DNA of 64,000 bases from an uncultured Acidobacteriota bacterium. GTDB taxonomy: Bacteria > Acidobacteriota > Thermoanaerobaculia > Gp7-AA8. Positions 10,901-21,492 of this stretch are shown one piece after another. Position 1 is the first letter of the stretch; each line of letters begins with the position of its first letter. Where the stretch lies: assembly GCA_963741955.1 (NCBI GenBank), contig CAVUKB010000007.1:768001-832000 (forward strand), read 5' to 3'. Under the pieces are notes generated by a model that searched no databases, was not told where the DNA came from, and saw only the letters and a list, made by a program, of their open reading frames with translations. The position numbers and the translations under genes were made by a program.

Positions 10901-11237
10901 CGAGGGCATTCTCCTCGTTCTCGCCGACCTTGAAGCGAACGATGGCCATCGACATCCCGGGGGAGGAGGTCGAGTAGATGTACTCGACGCCGGGGATCTC
11001 CCAGAGGAGTTTCTCCATGGGGCGAGTCACCCGCTGCTCGATCTCCCTGGCGCTGGAGCCGGGCATGCCGACGAAGACGTCCACCATCGGAACGACGATC
11101 TGAGGCTCCTCTTCCCGGGGGAGGAGAAAGACGGCGCCGAGGCCGAGGAGAAGAGACGCGGCGATGATGAGCGGCGTCAGCTTCGAATCGATGAAAGAGC
11201 GGGCGAGACGTCCCGCGAATCCGAGTTTCCGTTGCAC
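7974..11237 (-). CDS. RND efflux permease subunit (AcrB/AcrD/AcrF family)
   Basis: 1087 aa; [35 protein letters not shown] motifs. Confidence 0.95.
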   Translation of the reverse strand: MQRKLGFAGRLARSFIDSKLTPLIIAASLLLGLGAVFLLPREEEPQIVVPMVDVFVGMPGSSAREIEQRVTRPMEKLLWEIPGVEYIYSTSSPGMSMAIVRFKVGENEENALVRLNDKLHANSDQIPPGAMPPLIKPRSIDDVPILALTLSSGRYDHYTLRRVAAQLHDQIKEIPDVSEVKIIGGQQRQLRVLLDEGRMASFHVAPAMLVPLLQQTNRQMQSGSFASGNREFAVQTGGFLNTADDVGSVVVGAFNQKPVYLRDIAKIVDGPAEPADYVFFGKGAASESASAADSSGVDPAVTISVSKRKGTNAIEIADKVIEKVDGLKGNLIPSDVNVTVTRNYGKTAEEKSNELLFHMLIAIASVTLLIWLTLGLRESGIVATAIPVTLALTLAIFYLTGYTLNRVTLFALIFSIGILVDDAIVVVENIVRHYRLPENRNRPIIDVAVEAVDEVGNPTILATFTVIAAIIPMGFVRGLMGPYMRPIPVGASAAMIFSLMVAFVVTPWASLKLLKKSRDGAAHGEGAIIRVYRRVMNPLIEDSKWRNRFLFGVVALLLVAVSLFALKLVRVKMLPFDNKSDFQIVVDMPEGTTLEQTAAATRAIADYVRTVPEVTDFQMYVGTSSPYNFNGLVRHYFLRQGPNVADIQVNLLPKGDRSAQSHDIAKRIRPRVDEIASKFDANVKVSEVPPGPPVLQTLVAEIYGPDYDRQREVARQVEDIFRKTDGVVDVDSYVEDDQPEYRFAINREKAALDGVTPEQISATLRIALSGMETGILHQAKEREDVPIVLRLPREERSSIADLRAIPVMGSQGNVVPLGELVNIEKTTAEKSIYHKNLMPVVYVTGDVAGKEESPVYAILKMNRQLDELQLPEGYRLGRYVASQPFTTSQLAMKWDGEWHITYEVFRDLGLAFAAVLILIYILVVGWFQSFKTPIAIMAAIPFSLVGILPAHAAMGAFFTATSMIGFIAGAGIVVRNSIILVDFIELRLEQGMPLKQAVIDAGAVRYRPMMLTAAAVIIAATVILFDPIFQGLAISLMAGGVASLLLSLPTVPILYYLMERRKYEEAKHPSRAPAPNVEEELQPAGVE

Positions 11238-11336
11238 TGAATCACCTCGTTGAAACGTTGCGTGCGTTCTGGCTCTTGAAGGGCGCGTTCATTCCGGCGA
11301 TGGTGTCTGGCCGGGGCTTCGGGGTGCGGACCTCGT

Positions 11337-12530
11337 TCAGATCACCTTCGATCCGTCGCTGACCGCGGCGAGTCCGCCGGTCACGATCCGGTCATTCGGG
11401 TCGAGCCCGGAGAGGATCTCCACGCGGTCCCCGTGCGTTTTGCCGGTCTTGACCAGCCTGAGTCGGGCCAGGCCTTCGCTGTCGACGATCCAGACGCCGG
11501 TCAGCTGTCCGCGCTCGACGACCGCTTCCGTCGGAACGGTGACCGCGTCGCGCGATCCGATCCGGAAGAGGGCCTTCCCGAACATTCCGGAACGGAGGTT
11601 TTCCATCCCGGCGCCGTCGTTCGGCAGATCGACCTTCACGGTGTAGCTGCGGCTCATCGGATCCGCAGTGGAGACCATCTCCGCGACGTGGCCCTGAAGG
11701 TCGCTTCCGGAGGCGTCGACCCGGACGGTCACCGGATCGCCGACCCGGATCTTTCCGACCATCGATTCCTCGACGTTCGCTTCGAGCCGGTAGTGGCGTC
11801 CGTTCTCGATCTGCATCAGCGGCTGTCCGGGGCCGGTCATCGATCCGACGTCGACGTAACGCGTGGTGACGATGCCGTCGATCGGAGAGGTGACCCGAGC
11901 GAAGCCGACCCATGCCGCGGCACCGGCGCGTCCCGCCTTCGCCTGTTCGATTTTCGAGAGCACCTGCTGCTTCTTCGCGAGCATGGATGCGAGCATCCGG
12001 TCCGCACCGATGTGCTTCGCTTCGACTTCATCGAACTCCTGCTGCGAGACCGACTTCCGTTCGAGAAGGGTGCGGAATCGCTCGTACGTCGTGTCGGCGA
12101 GCTTCCGGTTCGCTTCCGCGGCGGCGATCCCCTGTTCGACTTCGTCCAGCGCATCCTGTGCTTCGCTGACGCCTGCGTCCGCGGCACGGAACTGCGCGGC
12201 GAGATCGCGATCGTCGATGGTGAGCACGAGCTGTCCGGCACGGACGTGGTCGCCCTCTTTCACCAGAATCGACGTCACCGTGCCGGCGACCTTCGGTGAG
12301 AGCATGCTGGTGGTCGCGGAGCGGACCGTTCCAGCGGCTTCGTACTCGTCGTTCACCGGGCTGAGAGAGATCTTTTCGACCTTTGCGCCGGGTACGGGAG
12401 TGGTCGCGACTTCTTTCCGGCCGTGGTCGCTGCAGGCGAGTGTCGCCACAGCAGCGGCTGCAATCGTGAATGTGGTCAATATTCTTTTCATCATCGTCCT
12501 CGACTCGTGGTTCTGCCTGGTCACGTTCAC
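11337..12530 (-). CDS. RND periplasmic adaptor (membrane fusion protein)
   Basis: Lipobox LAC, VKEGDHVRAGQ lipoyl half, coiled coil, SPIDGIV, LRSGMFG. Confidence 0.93.
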   Translation of the reverse strand: MNVTRQNHESRTMMKRILTTFTIAAAAVATLACSDHGRKEVATTPVPGAKVEKISLSPVNDEYEAAGTVRSATTSMLSPKVAGTVTSILVKEGDHVRAGQLVLTIDDRDLAAQFRAADAGVSEAQDALDEVEQGIAAAEANRKLADTTYERFRTLLERKSVSQQEFDEVEAKHIGADRMLASMLAKKQQVLSKIEQAKAGRAGAAAWVGFARVTSPIDGIVTTRYVDVGSMTGPGQPLMQIENGRHYRLEANVEESMVGKIRVGDPVTVRVDASGSDLQGHVAEMVSTADPMSRSYTVKVDLPNDGAGMENLRSGMFGKALFRIGSRDAVTVPTEAVVERGQLTGVWIVDSEGLARLRLVKTGKTHGDRVEILSGLDPNDRIVTGGLAAVSDGSKVI

Positions 12531-13894
12531 TCCGATTCGAATGGGGTCACGTCTTTCAATTGGCCCGTCGCGAGGAGAACGCGCGCGTAGCCGGTGTAGA
12601 GATCGTTTCTCGATGCAAGGAGATTCATCTCCGCCTGAACGTTCGCCGTCTCGGCCCGCAGGACTTCGGTGATGGTGGTGAGACCTTCACCGTAGCGGTC
12701 CTGCACGATCCGGAGCGCGTCGGCCGCCTGGTCGACGGCGTGGCTGGCGACGACGATGCTCTGGCGTGCGGTGAGGAAGCCTTCCACCGCCTGGATCACC
12801 TCGAGACGAATCTGGTCCTCGGTTCGGCGGCGCTCGGCCGTGGCCATCTTCCTGGCGGCCTTCGCTTCGGCCAGACGACCGAGTCGTGCCGGCTCGAAGA
12901 CGTTCAGGGTGACCATCGCGCCGACCATGGTGTCCCGTCCCGAGGTGGTCGGATCGATTCCGCTCGCGCCGATGGTCGCGAAGCCGTCGAGGCGCGGTAG
13001 AAACTGACCCGCGGCGGCTCGGATGCCGAGCTCACTCACCCGTTCTCCGTACCGGACGCCACGAGCATCGGCGCGGTCGGCGAGCGCGGTCTTCACCAGC
13101 TCCGGGGTGTCGGCGATGGTGAACTCTCGATCCACCAACGTCCCGCTCAGAGGCCGGACGATCGCGGTCGGCTCGCCGAGTGCGGCTGCGAGTGCCTGTT
13201 GGGCGATCCGGAGGTTCCCGTTGGCCTGGATCTGCTTCTGCTGGAAATCGGCGAGCTGGGTTTGAGCCGCCAGATAGTCCGACTCGACCACCAGCCCGGT
13301 CTCGTAGCTGTTCCGAACCCGCTCGACCATCGCTTGCGCCATCTGCACCGCGTCGTCGGCTACGTTCTTCCCTGCTTCCGCCACCAGAACTCCGTAGTAC
13401 GCGCGGATGGTCTGGAACCGCAGCTGCTGGCGGATTCCGTCCGACTGTGCGTCGGCCGCCTTCACTCCGATCGCCGCCTGCTGGTTCATGGTGAAACGGC
13501 GGAGCTGGTCGAAGATCGGATACCGGATGTTCAGATTGGTCCGGTAGTTCCTCAGATAGTCGGGATTGTTGAGGAACGCCGGATCGAAGTGTTGCGGACC
13601 GAAGCGTCCCTGCTCGAGCAGCGAGCCGAAGACGAAGACGGGATTGTCACTCCGCACGAAGTTTTCGGTCAGCTGGATCTCGGGGAGCCACATGGTGCGG
13701 GCCTGGAGGAGCCGCGCATGCGCGGTCTCCTGACCCGCCGCGGCCGATGCCGACACCGGGTTCTCTCCGAGAGCGGTATCGACCGCCTCGCGCAGAGAGA
13801 GACCGGTTGCCGGAGTATCGGTGGCGTACGTGCCGAGCGGTAGCAGCAGCAGGACGACGGAGAGGCTGATTCGATTCACAAATCGTCTGTTCAT
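12527..13894 (-). CDS. TolC-family outer membrane efflux protein
   Basis: Signal peptide; LSLREAVDTALGENP, RYGEGLTTITEVL OEP repeats; position in RND operon. Confidence 0.9.
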   Translation of the reverse strand: MNRRFVNRISLSVVLLLLPLGTYATDTPATGLSLREAVDTALGENPVSASAAAGQETAHARLLQARTMWLPEIQLTENFVRSDNPVFVFGSLLEQGRFGPQHFDPAFLNNPDYLRNYRTNLNIRYPIFDQLRRFTMNQQAAIGVKAADAQSDGIRQQLRFQTIRAYYGVLVAEAGKNVADDAVQMAQAMVERVRNSYETGLVVESDYLAAQTQLADFQQKQIQANGNLRIAQQALAAALGEPTAIVRPLSGTLVDREFTIADTPELVKTALADRADARGVRYGERVSELGIRAAAGQFLPRLDGFATIGASGIDPTTSGRDTMVGAMVTLNVFEPARLGRLAEAKAARKMATAERRRTEDQIRLEVIQAVEGFLTARQSIVVASHAVDQAADALRIVQDRYGEGLTTITEVLRAETANVQAEMNLLASRNDLYTGYARVLLATGQLKDVTPFESE

Positions 13895-13956
13895 GGTTCT
13901 TCCAACGAAGCCCGAAAAGGCTTCCGGTCGTTTCGGATGTGGACGGACTGCGGGGC

Positions 13957-14169
13957 TCAGACGCTCTTCGTCGCCGCCTGGGCGTGAGGAACGCCGAGCT
14001 TTCGGAGGATGCTGATCATCGGACACCAGTTGGTGAACGCCGATTGAATCAGGTTCAGGGCGACGAACCCGGTCAGCAGCAACCACCAGGGGCTCTGGTA
14101 ATACCCAAGCAGTACGCTGATCAGGACGATGGACCCGGCAATCAGTCGAAGATAACGTTCGATGTTCAT
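13957..14169 (-). CDS. DUF2892 (YgaP-like) membrane protein
   Basis: MNIERYLRLIAG...LIQSAFTNWCPM conserved motif; two TM helices. Confidence 0.9.
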   Translation of the reverse strand: MNIERYLRLIAGSIVLISVLLGYYQSPWWLLLTGFVALNLIQSAFTNWCPMISILRKLGVPHAQAATKSV

Positions 14170-14233
14170 GACTTCTGATTCCTTCCGCTCAATATTGTTT
14201 CCGGGGGACGGTCCCGGCAACGCCGGGTGCCCT

Positions 14234-14275
14234 TGATTACTAAATCACTATATGGCAATATAGAGATCATGTCAA
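14234..14275 (-). promoter_or_regulatory. Sigma70 promoter of the DUF2892-RND operon overlapped by AT-rich inverted repeats (putative ArsR operator)
   Basis: Minus strand TTGACA-17 nt-TATAGT (14275-14247); imperfect palindromes CTATAT-GGCA-ATATAG (14248-14263) and TGATT-ACTA-AATCA (14234-14247). Confidence 0.7.
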
Positions 14276-14289
14276 GAGGTCGAACGAAC

Positions 14290-14643
14290 ATGCAGATCGG
14301 GAGTGACACTCACGATTTCTCGGATGACGCGATCGAGCTCATCGCAGGGCGTTTTCGAATCTTCGCCGAACCGATGCGACTGAGGATTCTTCTCGCACTC
14401 GGCGAGAAGGAGCTCTGCGTCGGCGAGATCGTGGAGACCACCGGAGCTCAGCAGGCGAACATCTCCAAGCATCTCGGAATCCTTCTCGAAGCGGGAATGG
14501 TGAAGAAGAGAAAGGACGGTCTGAACTCCTTTTACCGGATCGTCGATCCGACCATCCTCGAGTTGTGCGGGACCGTCTGCTCCAGTCTCCGGGAGAAGAT
14601 CCGCGGCGAAGAAGAAGCGGTGAAGAGCTTCGCACGACGGTGA
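14290..14643 (+). CDS. ArsR/SmtB family regulator (copy 1, C-terminal CxxxC)
   Basis: FRIFAEPMRLRIL, QANISKHLGIL HTH, LCGTVC; divergent from the efflux operon. Confidence 0.92.
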   Translation: MQIGSDTHDFSDDAIELIAGRFRIFAEPMRLRILLALGEKELCVGEIVETTGAQQANISKHLGILLEAGMVKKRKDGLNSFYRIVDPTILELCGTVCSSLREKIRGEEEAVKSFARR

Positions 14644-14748
14644 CGAGGCGACGCTGACGCGGCAGAGCCCGGCGAGGGTCGGTTTTTTTGCATCCGGTCA
14701 CCTTCCGGCGATAGAGTTTCGTACCCGAAATCACCGAGGAGGTCGAGC

Positions 14749-15774
14749 ATGCAGAGATCGAACGGGGGACGGCCCCTGCTCCTTTTGTCCATCCTTCTGG
14801 TTCTTCTGGTTGCGTGCGGCAGGCAGGAGGTGAAGGTCGAAGGGACCGACACCGCCTCGAACGGAACCACCGGCACGGAAGCGGTTGCCGTCCAAACGGC
14901 CCGGCCGGTCACGCTGTCGGAGGGCTTCAACACTCCGGAATCCGTTCTGTACGATCCCGAACAGGACGTCTACTTCGTGAGCAACATCAATGGCCAGCCG
15001 TTGGACAAAGACGGCAACGGGTACATTTCGAAGATTCCTGCGACCAGCCAGATTCCCGAGGCGAAGTGGATCAGCTCCAACGGGGGAACCGTCAAGCTCG
15101 ACGCACCCAAGGGGCTCGCCATCGTCGGTGACGAGCTGTGGGTAACCGACATCGACGTGATTCGCAAATTCGACCGGAAGACGGGCGAGCCGAAAGGCGA
15201 CATCGCGGTTCCCGGCAGCACGTTCCTCAATGACCTCGCGACTGCTCCCGACGGGACCGTCTACGCGACGGACAGCGGCATGAAGGCGGGCAAGAACGGA
15301 TTCGAGGGCACCGGGACCGATGCCGTCTACGAGATCTCGAAAGACGGAAAACTGAAGAAGCTCGCGACGGGAGACCAGCTCCACCGGCCGAACGGAGTCA
15401 CCGTCGCCGAGGACGGGAAGATCTGGGTGGTCACGTTCGGAAGCAATGAGCTGTTCGCCATCAACGACGGGAAGAAATCCGACGTCCACCAGCTGCCCAA
15501 GGGGAGTCTCGACGGCGTGGTATCCCTCGGGAAAGACCTCCTCGTGTCGAGCTGGGATGGCAAGGCGGTCTACGAAGGACCGCCCGAGGGGCCGTTCCAG
15601 ACCGTGGTCGACAACGTCGCCTCACCCGCCGACATCGGATTCGACACCCGCAGAAGTCTCATCCTGATCCCCGACTTCACCGAGAGCAAAGTCATGATCG
15701 TGCCTCTCCCTTCCGCCGGCGTCGAAACGTCGGCAGAGGGGCAGACCGCGACCGAAACGACATCGAATGAGTGA
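14749..15774 (+). CDS. SMP-30/gluconolactonase-like beta-propeller lipoprotein
   Basis: Lipobox LVAC; PES, YFVSNI, PKG, FLND, PNG, LDG, PADIG propeller blade motifs. Confidence 0.8.
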   Translation: MQRSNGGRPLLLLSILLVLLVACGRQEVKVEGTDTASNGTTGTEAVAVQTARPVTLSEGFNTPESVLYDPEQDVYFVSNINGQPLDKDGNGYISKIPATSQIPEAKWISSNGGTVKLDAPKGLAIVGDELWVTDIDVIRKFDRKTGEPKGDIAVPGSTFLNDLATAPDGTVYATDSGMKAGKNGFEGTGTDAVYEISKDGKLKKLATGDQLHRPNGVTVAEDGKIWVVTFGSNELFAINDGKKSDVHQLPKGSLDGVVSLGKDLLVSSWDGKAVYEGPPEGPFQTVVDNVASPADIGFDTRRSLILIPDFTESKVMIVPLPSAGVETSAEGQTATETTSNE

Positions 15775-15986
15775 GGGCCTCTCGCGTTCCGGAGAGCCTG
15801 CGCAGCAGGACCGTTGCTGCCGCGCAGGCTCCTGACGCGACCAGCAGGGTGGCCGCGATCCGTCTCCGCAGCAGAGACAGCCTGAGAGCTTCGGGCTGGC
15901 CTGTCCTCCTCTCCGGTGCGCGAGGGAAGGAAAGATCACCGCTCGGATGTTGGGGAGAAGAGCGGCGTCCCGGGAACGGATCACTG

Positions 15987-16331
15987 ATGAAGAAACGACG
16001 TGAAATGACCGAGCAGGCTTTCGAGCTGATCGCAGGACGATTCCGCGTCCTGGCGGAGCCGATGCGACTGAAGATTCTCCACGCTCTGGAGCCCGGCGAG
16101 ATGACCGTCTCGGAACTGGTCGAGGCGACCGGTGGCACTCAGGCGAACATCTCCAAGCACCTCGGAATCCTTCTCGACGCCCACTTCGTCTCTCGCCGAA
16201 AAGAAGGGCTGAACGCGTACTACGCTCTCTTCGACGACTCGGTCTTCTTCCTCTGCGACGCCGTCTGTTCCAGCCTCGACAAGCGTCTCTCGGCACAGCA
16301 CGATGCAGTGCGGAGCTTCAGCCGGCGCTGA
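15987..16331 (+). CDS. ArsR/SmtB family regulator (copy 2, C-terminal CxxxC)
   Basis: FRVLAEPMRLKIL, QANISKHLGIL, LCDAVC; clear paralog of 14290..14643. Confidence 0.9.
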   Translation: MKKRREMTEQAFELIAGRFRVLAEPMRLKILHALEPGEMTVSELVEATGGTQANISKHLGILLDAHFVSRRKEGLNAYYALFDDSVFFLCDAVCSSLDKRLSAQHDAVRSFSRR

Positions 16332-16345
16332 CGACGCGAATCACC

Positions 16346-17098
16346 TCAGACGTTCTTCCAGATCAGATAGAACGCGACCAGAATCACGAAGACTGCGAAC
16401 GACTTCCTGAGCGAGGAGGGAGAGATCGTGTTCGCGAGTCGCGCTCCGACGATCGTTCCGGCCGCAGCCGGTCCTGCGACCAGAGCGGTGATCCCGAGAT
16501 CCAGCCCCTCCGCTCCGAAGTGGCCCGCGAATCCCGCTGCGCAGTTGATCGCAATCACCACGAGCGATGTCCCCACCGCCTGACGCATTCCGAGTCCCCC
16601 GAAGAAGACCAGCGCCGGGACGATCAGAAATCCGCCGCCCACCCCGAGTGCGCCGGTCAGCACTCCGACTCCGACGCCAGCGAGAAGGGCTTTCCACGCA
16701 GAAGACTTCTTCGTCGTCTCTTCCGTATCCGCCGTTCCCCGGCGGAAGAGCATCAGCACTCCGATGACGATCATCAGCCCCGCGAACGTCAGCATCAGTC
16801 CCTGATCGCTGAACAGACGCGTGAGCCGGCTGCCGAAGTACGCGGCGACCATTCCACTTCCTGCGAAGAGAGCACCGGTCCGGCCGTCGACGGTTCCTCT
16901 CCTGAAATGGACGATTGCACCGATCAGGCTGGTGATCCCGACCACCGCGAGAGACATTCCGACCGAAGCGTGAGGCTCGACGCCGAGCACGTAGACCAGA
17001 AGCGGTACGGTGATGATCGACCCTCCTCCGCCGAGGAGCCCGAGGGAGACGCCGACGAGCGCGGCGAGGATCGCACCGATGACGAGGTGGAGCGGCAT
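16346..17098 (-). CDS. Sulfite exporter TauE/SafE family
   Basis: GLLGGGGSIITVPLL and LGVGGGFLIVPAL repeats, about 8 TM helices. Confidence 0.92.
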   Translation of the reverse strand: MPLHLVIGAILAALVGVSLGLLGGGGSIITVPLLVYVLGVEPHASVGMSLAVVGITSLIGAIVHFRRGTVDGRTGALFAGSGMVAAYFGSRLTRLFSDQGLMLTFAGLMIVIGVLMLFRRGTADTEETTKKSSAWKALLAGVGVGVLTGALGVGGGFLIVPALVFFGGLGMRQAVGTSLVVIAINCAAGFAGHFGAEGLDLGITALVAGPAAAGTIVGARLANTISPSSLRKSFAVFVILVAFYLIWKNV

Positions 17099-17114
17099 CG
17101 GCGGGGATCATACC

Positions 17115-17288
17115 GGAGAAACGAAGCCACACAGAACCCCTCCAAGGACCCCTACTTCAGCATGGCCGGCATCGCTCGCGTGGGTCGCGCCTTCGGAGCG
17201 AAGCTCCCCGGCATCATGCCCGGGAGCGATGGATGCAACGGTACGGAGAGAGTGCGGGTGTAGGGTGCATGGTGTTTGTGTCTCCTCC
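17115..17288. other. Candidate structured RNA or leader element with short ORF
   Basis: Complementary ends (GGAGAAAC.../...GTGTCTCC), inner stem CATCGCTC/GAGCGATG, hairpin GGAGC-GAA-GCTCC; minus-strand SD GGAGGAG before an 18-codon ORF (17270..17214). Confidence 0.3.
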
Positions 17289-17339
17289 CCCGGTGCAAAC
17301 GGGATTGTTGCCAGTGCGAGAAGCGTCGTTGCTGGCCCG

Positions 17340-17441
17340 CATCGCTCGCGGCGGAACGCCGCTCGCCATCGCGCGAGGACGCGCAACCCACTTCGCGCGA
17401 GGACGCGCAACCCACTTTGGCGCGAGGACGCGCAACCCACT
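17340..17441. repeat. REP-like element with three tandem 22-bp copies
   Basis: GCGCGAGGACGCGCAACCCACT at 17371, 17395 and 17420; 17340-17391 matches 34902-34953 at 47/52. Confidence 0.8.
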
Positions 17442-17452
17442 CGCGCGAGTGA

Positions 17453-18070
17453 TCAGCTTCCGTTCGTGCCGCTGGTGCTTCCCGGCTGATGCGGCGGGAA
17501 CCCCGACGTCGCCGGCGGCGGAGTGGCGGGAGGCGCCGGCGCGCCCTTGACCACGTTCAGCGTCGTCTTCATCCCCTTTGCGACATCACTTCCGGCCGGA
17601 CTCGAGACCGTGTACGTCCCGGGCTGGAGATCGATCTCGAGCCGACGAGTCTGGGACGGCTCGACCTCCTCGGGGACCTTCGCATCGAGCCCGTATCCCT
17701 GGAGCTCGAAGCCGTGCTTCTCCTTTCCGGCATTCGTGATCAGGAAGATGGTGTCTCCAGGCGGGATCGTGTCGGGCATCTGGATCCGGTATTCGAGGAG
17801 CTGAACGTCGACGTTCCTTCCGCTCTGATTCTCCGGGACGAAGTCCTCGCCACGCTCTGCGGTTCCGGGAGTTCCGGTGGGACTGAGTGCGGTCGAGATC
17901 CCCGACCCGGTGAGCTGCGGATTGTCGTTCTCGGGATGCTTCTCGCGGATGCATCCCGACGCGAGGAGGGAGACTGCCGCGAAGATCACCGCAGCGGTGT
18001 ACGCTCCGGCGCCGGCGCGCTTCAATACCGCGTACGACCGTCGACCCCCGGTTCCGATGACATCAGTCAC
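17453..18070 (-). CDS. Cupredoxin-fold lipoprotein lacking the Cys/His copper ligands
   Basis: Lipobox LASGC; NAGKEKHGF...LQPGTYTVSSPAGSDVAKGM; SD GGAGGT before GTG. Confidence 0.7.
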   Translation of the reverse strand: MTDVIGTGGRRSYAVLKRAGAGAYTAAVIFAAVSLLASGCIREKHPENDNPQLTGSGISTALSPTGTPGTAERGEDFVPENQSGRNVDVQLLEYRIQMPDTIPPGDTIFLITNAGKEKHGFELQGYGLDAKVPEEVEPSQTRRLEIDLQPGTYTVSSPAGSDVAKGMKTTLNVVKGAPAPPATPPPATSGFPPHQPGSTSGTNGS

Positions 18071-18092
18071 GATCTCTACCTCCGATCTCCGT

Positions 18093-18575
18093 TCATTGGA
18101 CCTGAAGCTGCGACTCCATCCCTTTCTGTACGTGCTGATCGACGGGACAGTAGACGCGGTACGTTCCGTTCTCGAGGTTCGCCTCGACCCGGGCGGTGTT
18201 GCCCGGCTGGATCGTGTCGACACCCGCCTGAATGCCCTGACCGTCGATCTCGAATCCGTGCACGATATTCGACGCGTTCTTCACCACGAATGTCCGCTCG
18301 CCGGGAGGAAGGGTCGACGGAATGTCGATGCGATAGCTGGTGAGGGTGACCGCGGTGGTTGCGCCGGCGGCGGGGTTGGTTCCCATCGTCTCGTTCGCGG
18401 CGGTGAACGATGCCGTCGCCGTTTCGGTCGGTCCCGTTCCCGGTTCCGATTCGAGAGCGCTGGTGGTTCCGGTGGTGCTGTTCGACGCCTCGCCGGACGA
18501 GTTCTGGCATCCGACGACGGATCCGAGCACGATCCCGATCGCGACGAGCCATAGGGCGTAGCGTTTCGTGAGCAT
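18093..18575 (-). CDS. Cupredoxin (type-1 copper) lipoprotein
   Basis: Lipobox VVGC; HGF...YCPVDQHVQKGM gives His/Cys/His/Met ligands. Confidence 0.82.
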   Translation of the reverse strand: MLTKRYALWLVAIGIVLGSVVGCQNSSGEASNSTTGTTSALESEPGTGPTETATASFTAANETMGTNPAAGATTAVTLTSYRIDIPSTLPPGERTFVVKNASNIVHGFEIDGQGIQAGVDTIQPGNTARVEANLENGTYRVYCPVDQHVQKGMESQLQVQ

Positions 18576-18659
18576 CGGCCTGACCTCCCGGATCGCCTGT
18601 GGGTGATCCGGGAGGTCCCGACGCAAAACGCGTGCAAGAACGGTGGAATCGGGTATCGC

Positions 18660-21284
<2,625 letters not shown>

Positions 21285-21316
21285 TGGTTTACCTTACCTG
21301 TATTCCGAGATTTAGT

Positions 21317-21341
21317 AATCTGACAGCATGTCACTCAGATT
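21317..21341 (-). promoter_or_regulatory. HAIR-like (HspR) inverted repeat upstream of clpB
   Basis: Minus strand AATCTGAGT-N7-TGTCAGATT resembles CTTGAGT-N7-ACTCAAG. Confidence 0.5.
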
Positions 21342-21492
21342 TCTCATCTCACAACAGTGTGCCCGGCGTCCTCATTTCCGCCGCGGCGGGAGAGTCTACG
21401 GAGCCGAGCTCGGTTGATTTGCGCGCCGCGCTTCTTCCGGAAGAGAATGCGAGTGGCCTGCCGTATTTTCCGCGTAGAGGAGGTTCTTTCTG

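Noticed and set aside
17157-17270. Selenocysteine read-through of the micro-ORF (RA-UGA-C...CRPC)
   Set aside because: The downstream hairpin loop is closer to the UGA than in known bacterial SECIS elements, and no homologue evidence is available
17115-17288. 6S RNA, HDV-like ribozyme or glycine riboswitch assignment
   Set aside because: Size and end pairing fit 6S, but the usual conserved segments and zapA/ygfA context are missing; HDV catalytic junction and glycine aptamer motifs are incomplete
17371-17441. Three 22-bp direct repeats as a CRISPR array
   Set aside because: Linkers are only 2-3 nt and there are no cas genes; it is a tandem repeat
18624-18638. Sigma54-like TTGCAC-N5-TTGC upstream of the cupredoxin
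   Set aside because: Lacks the invariant GG at -24
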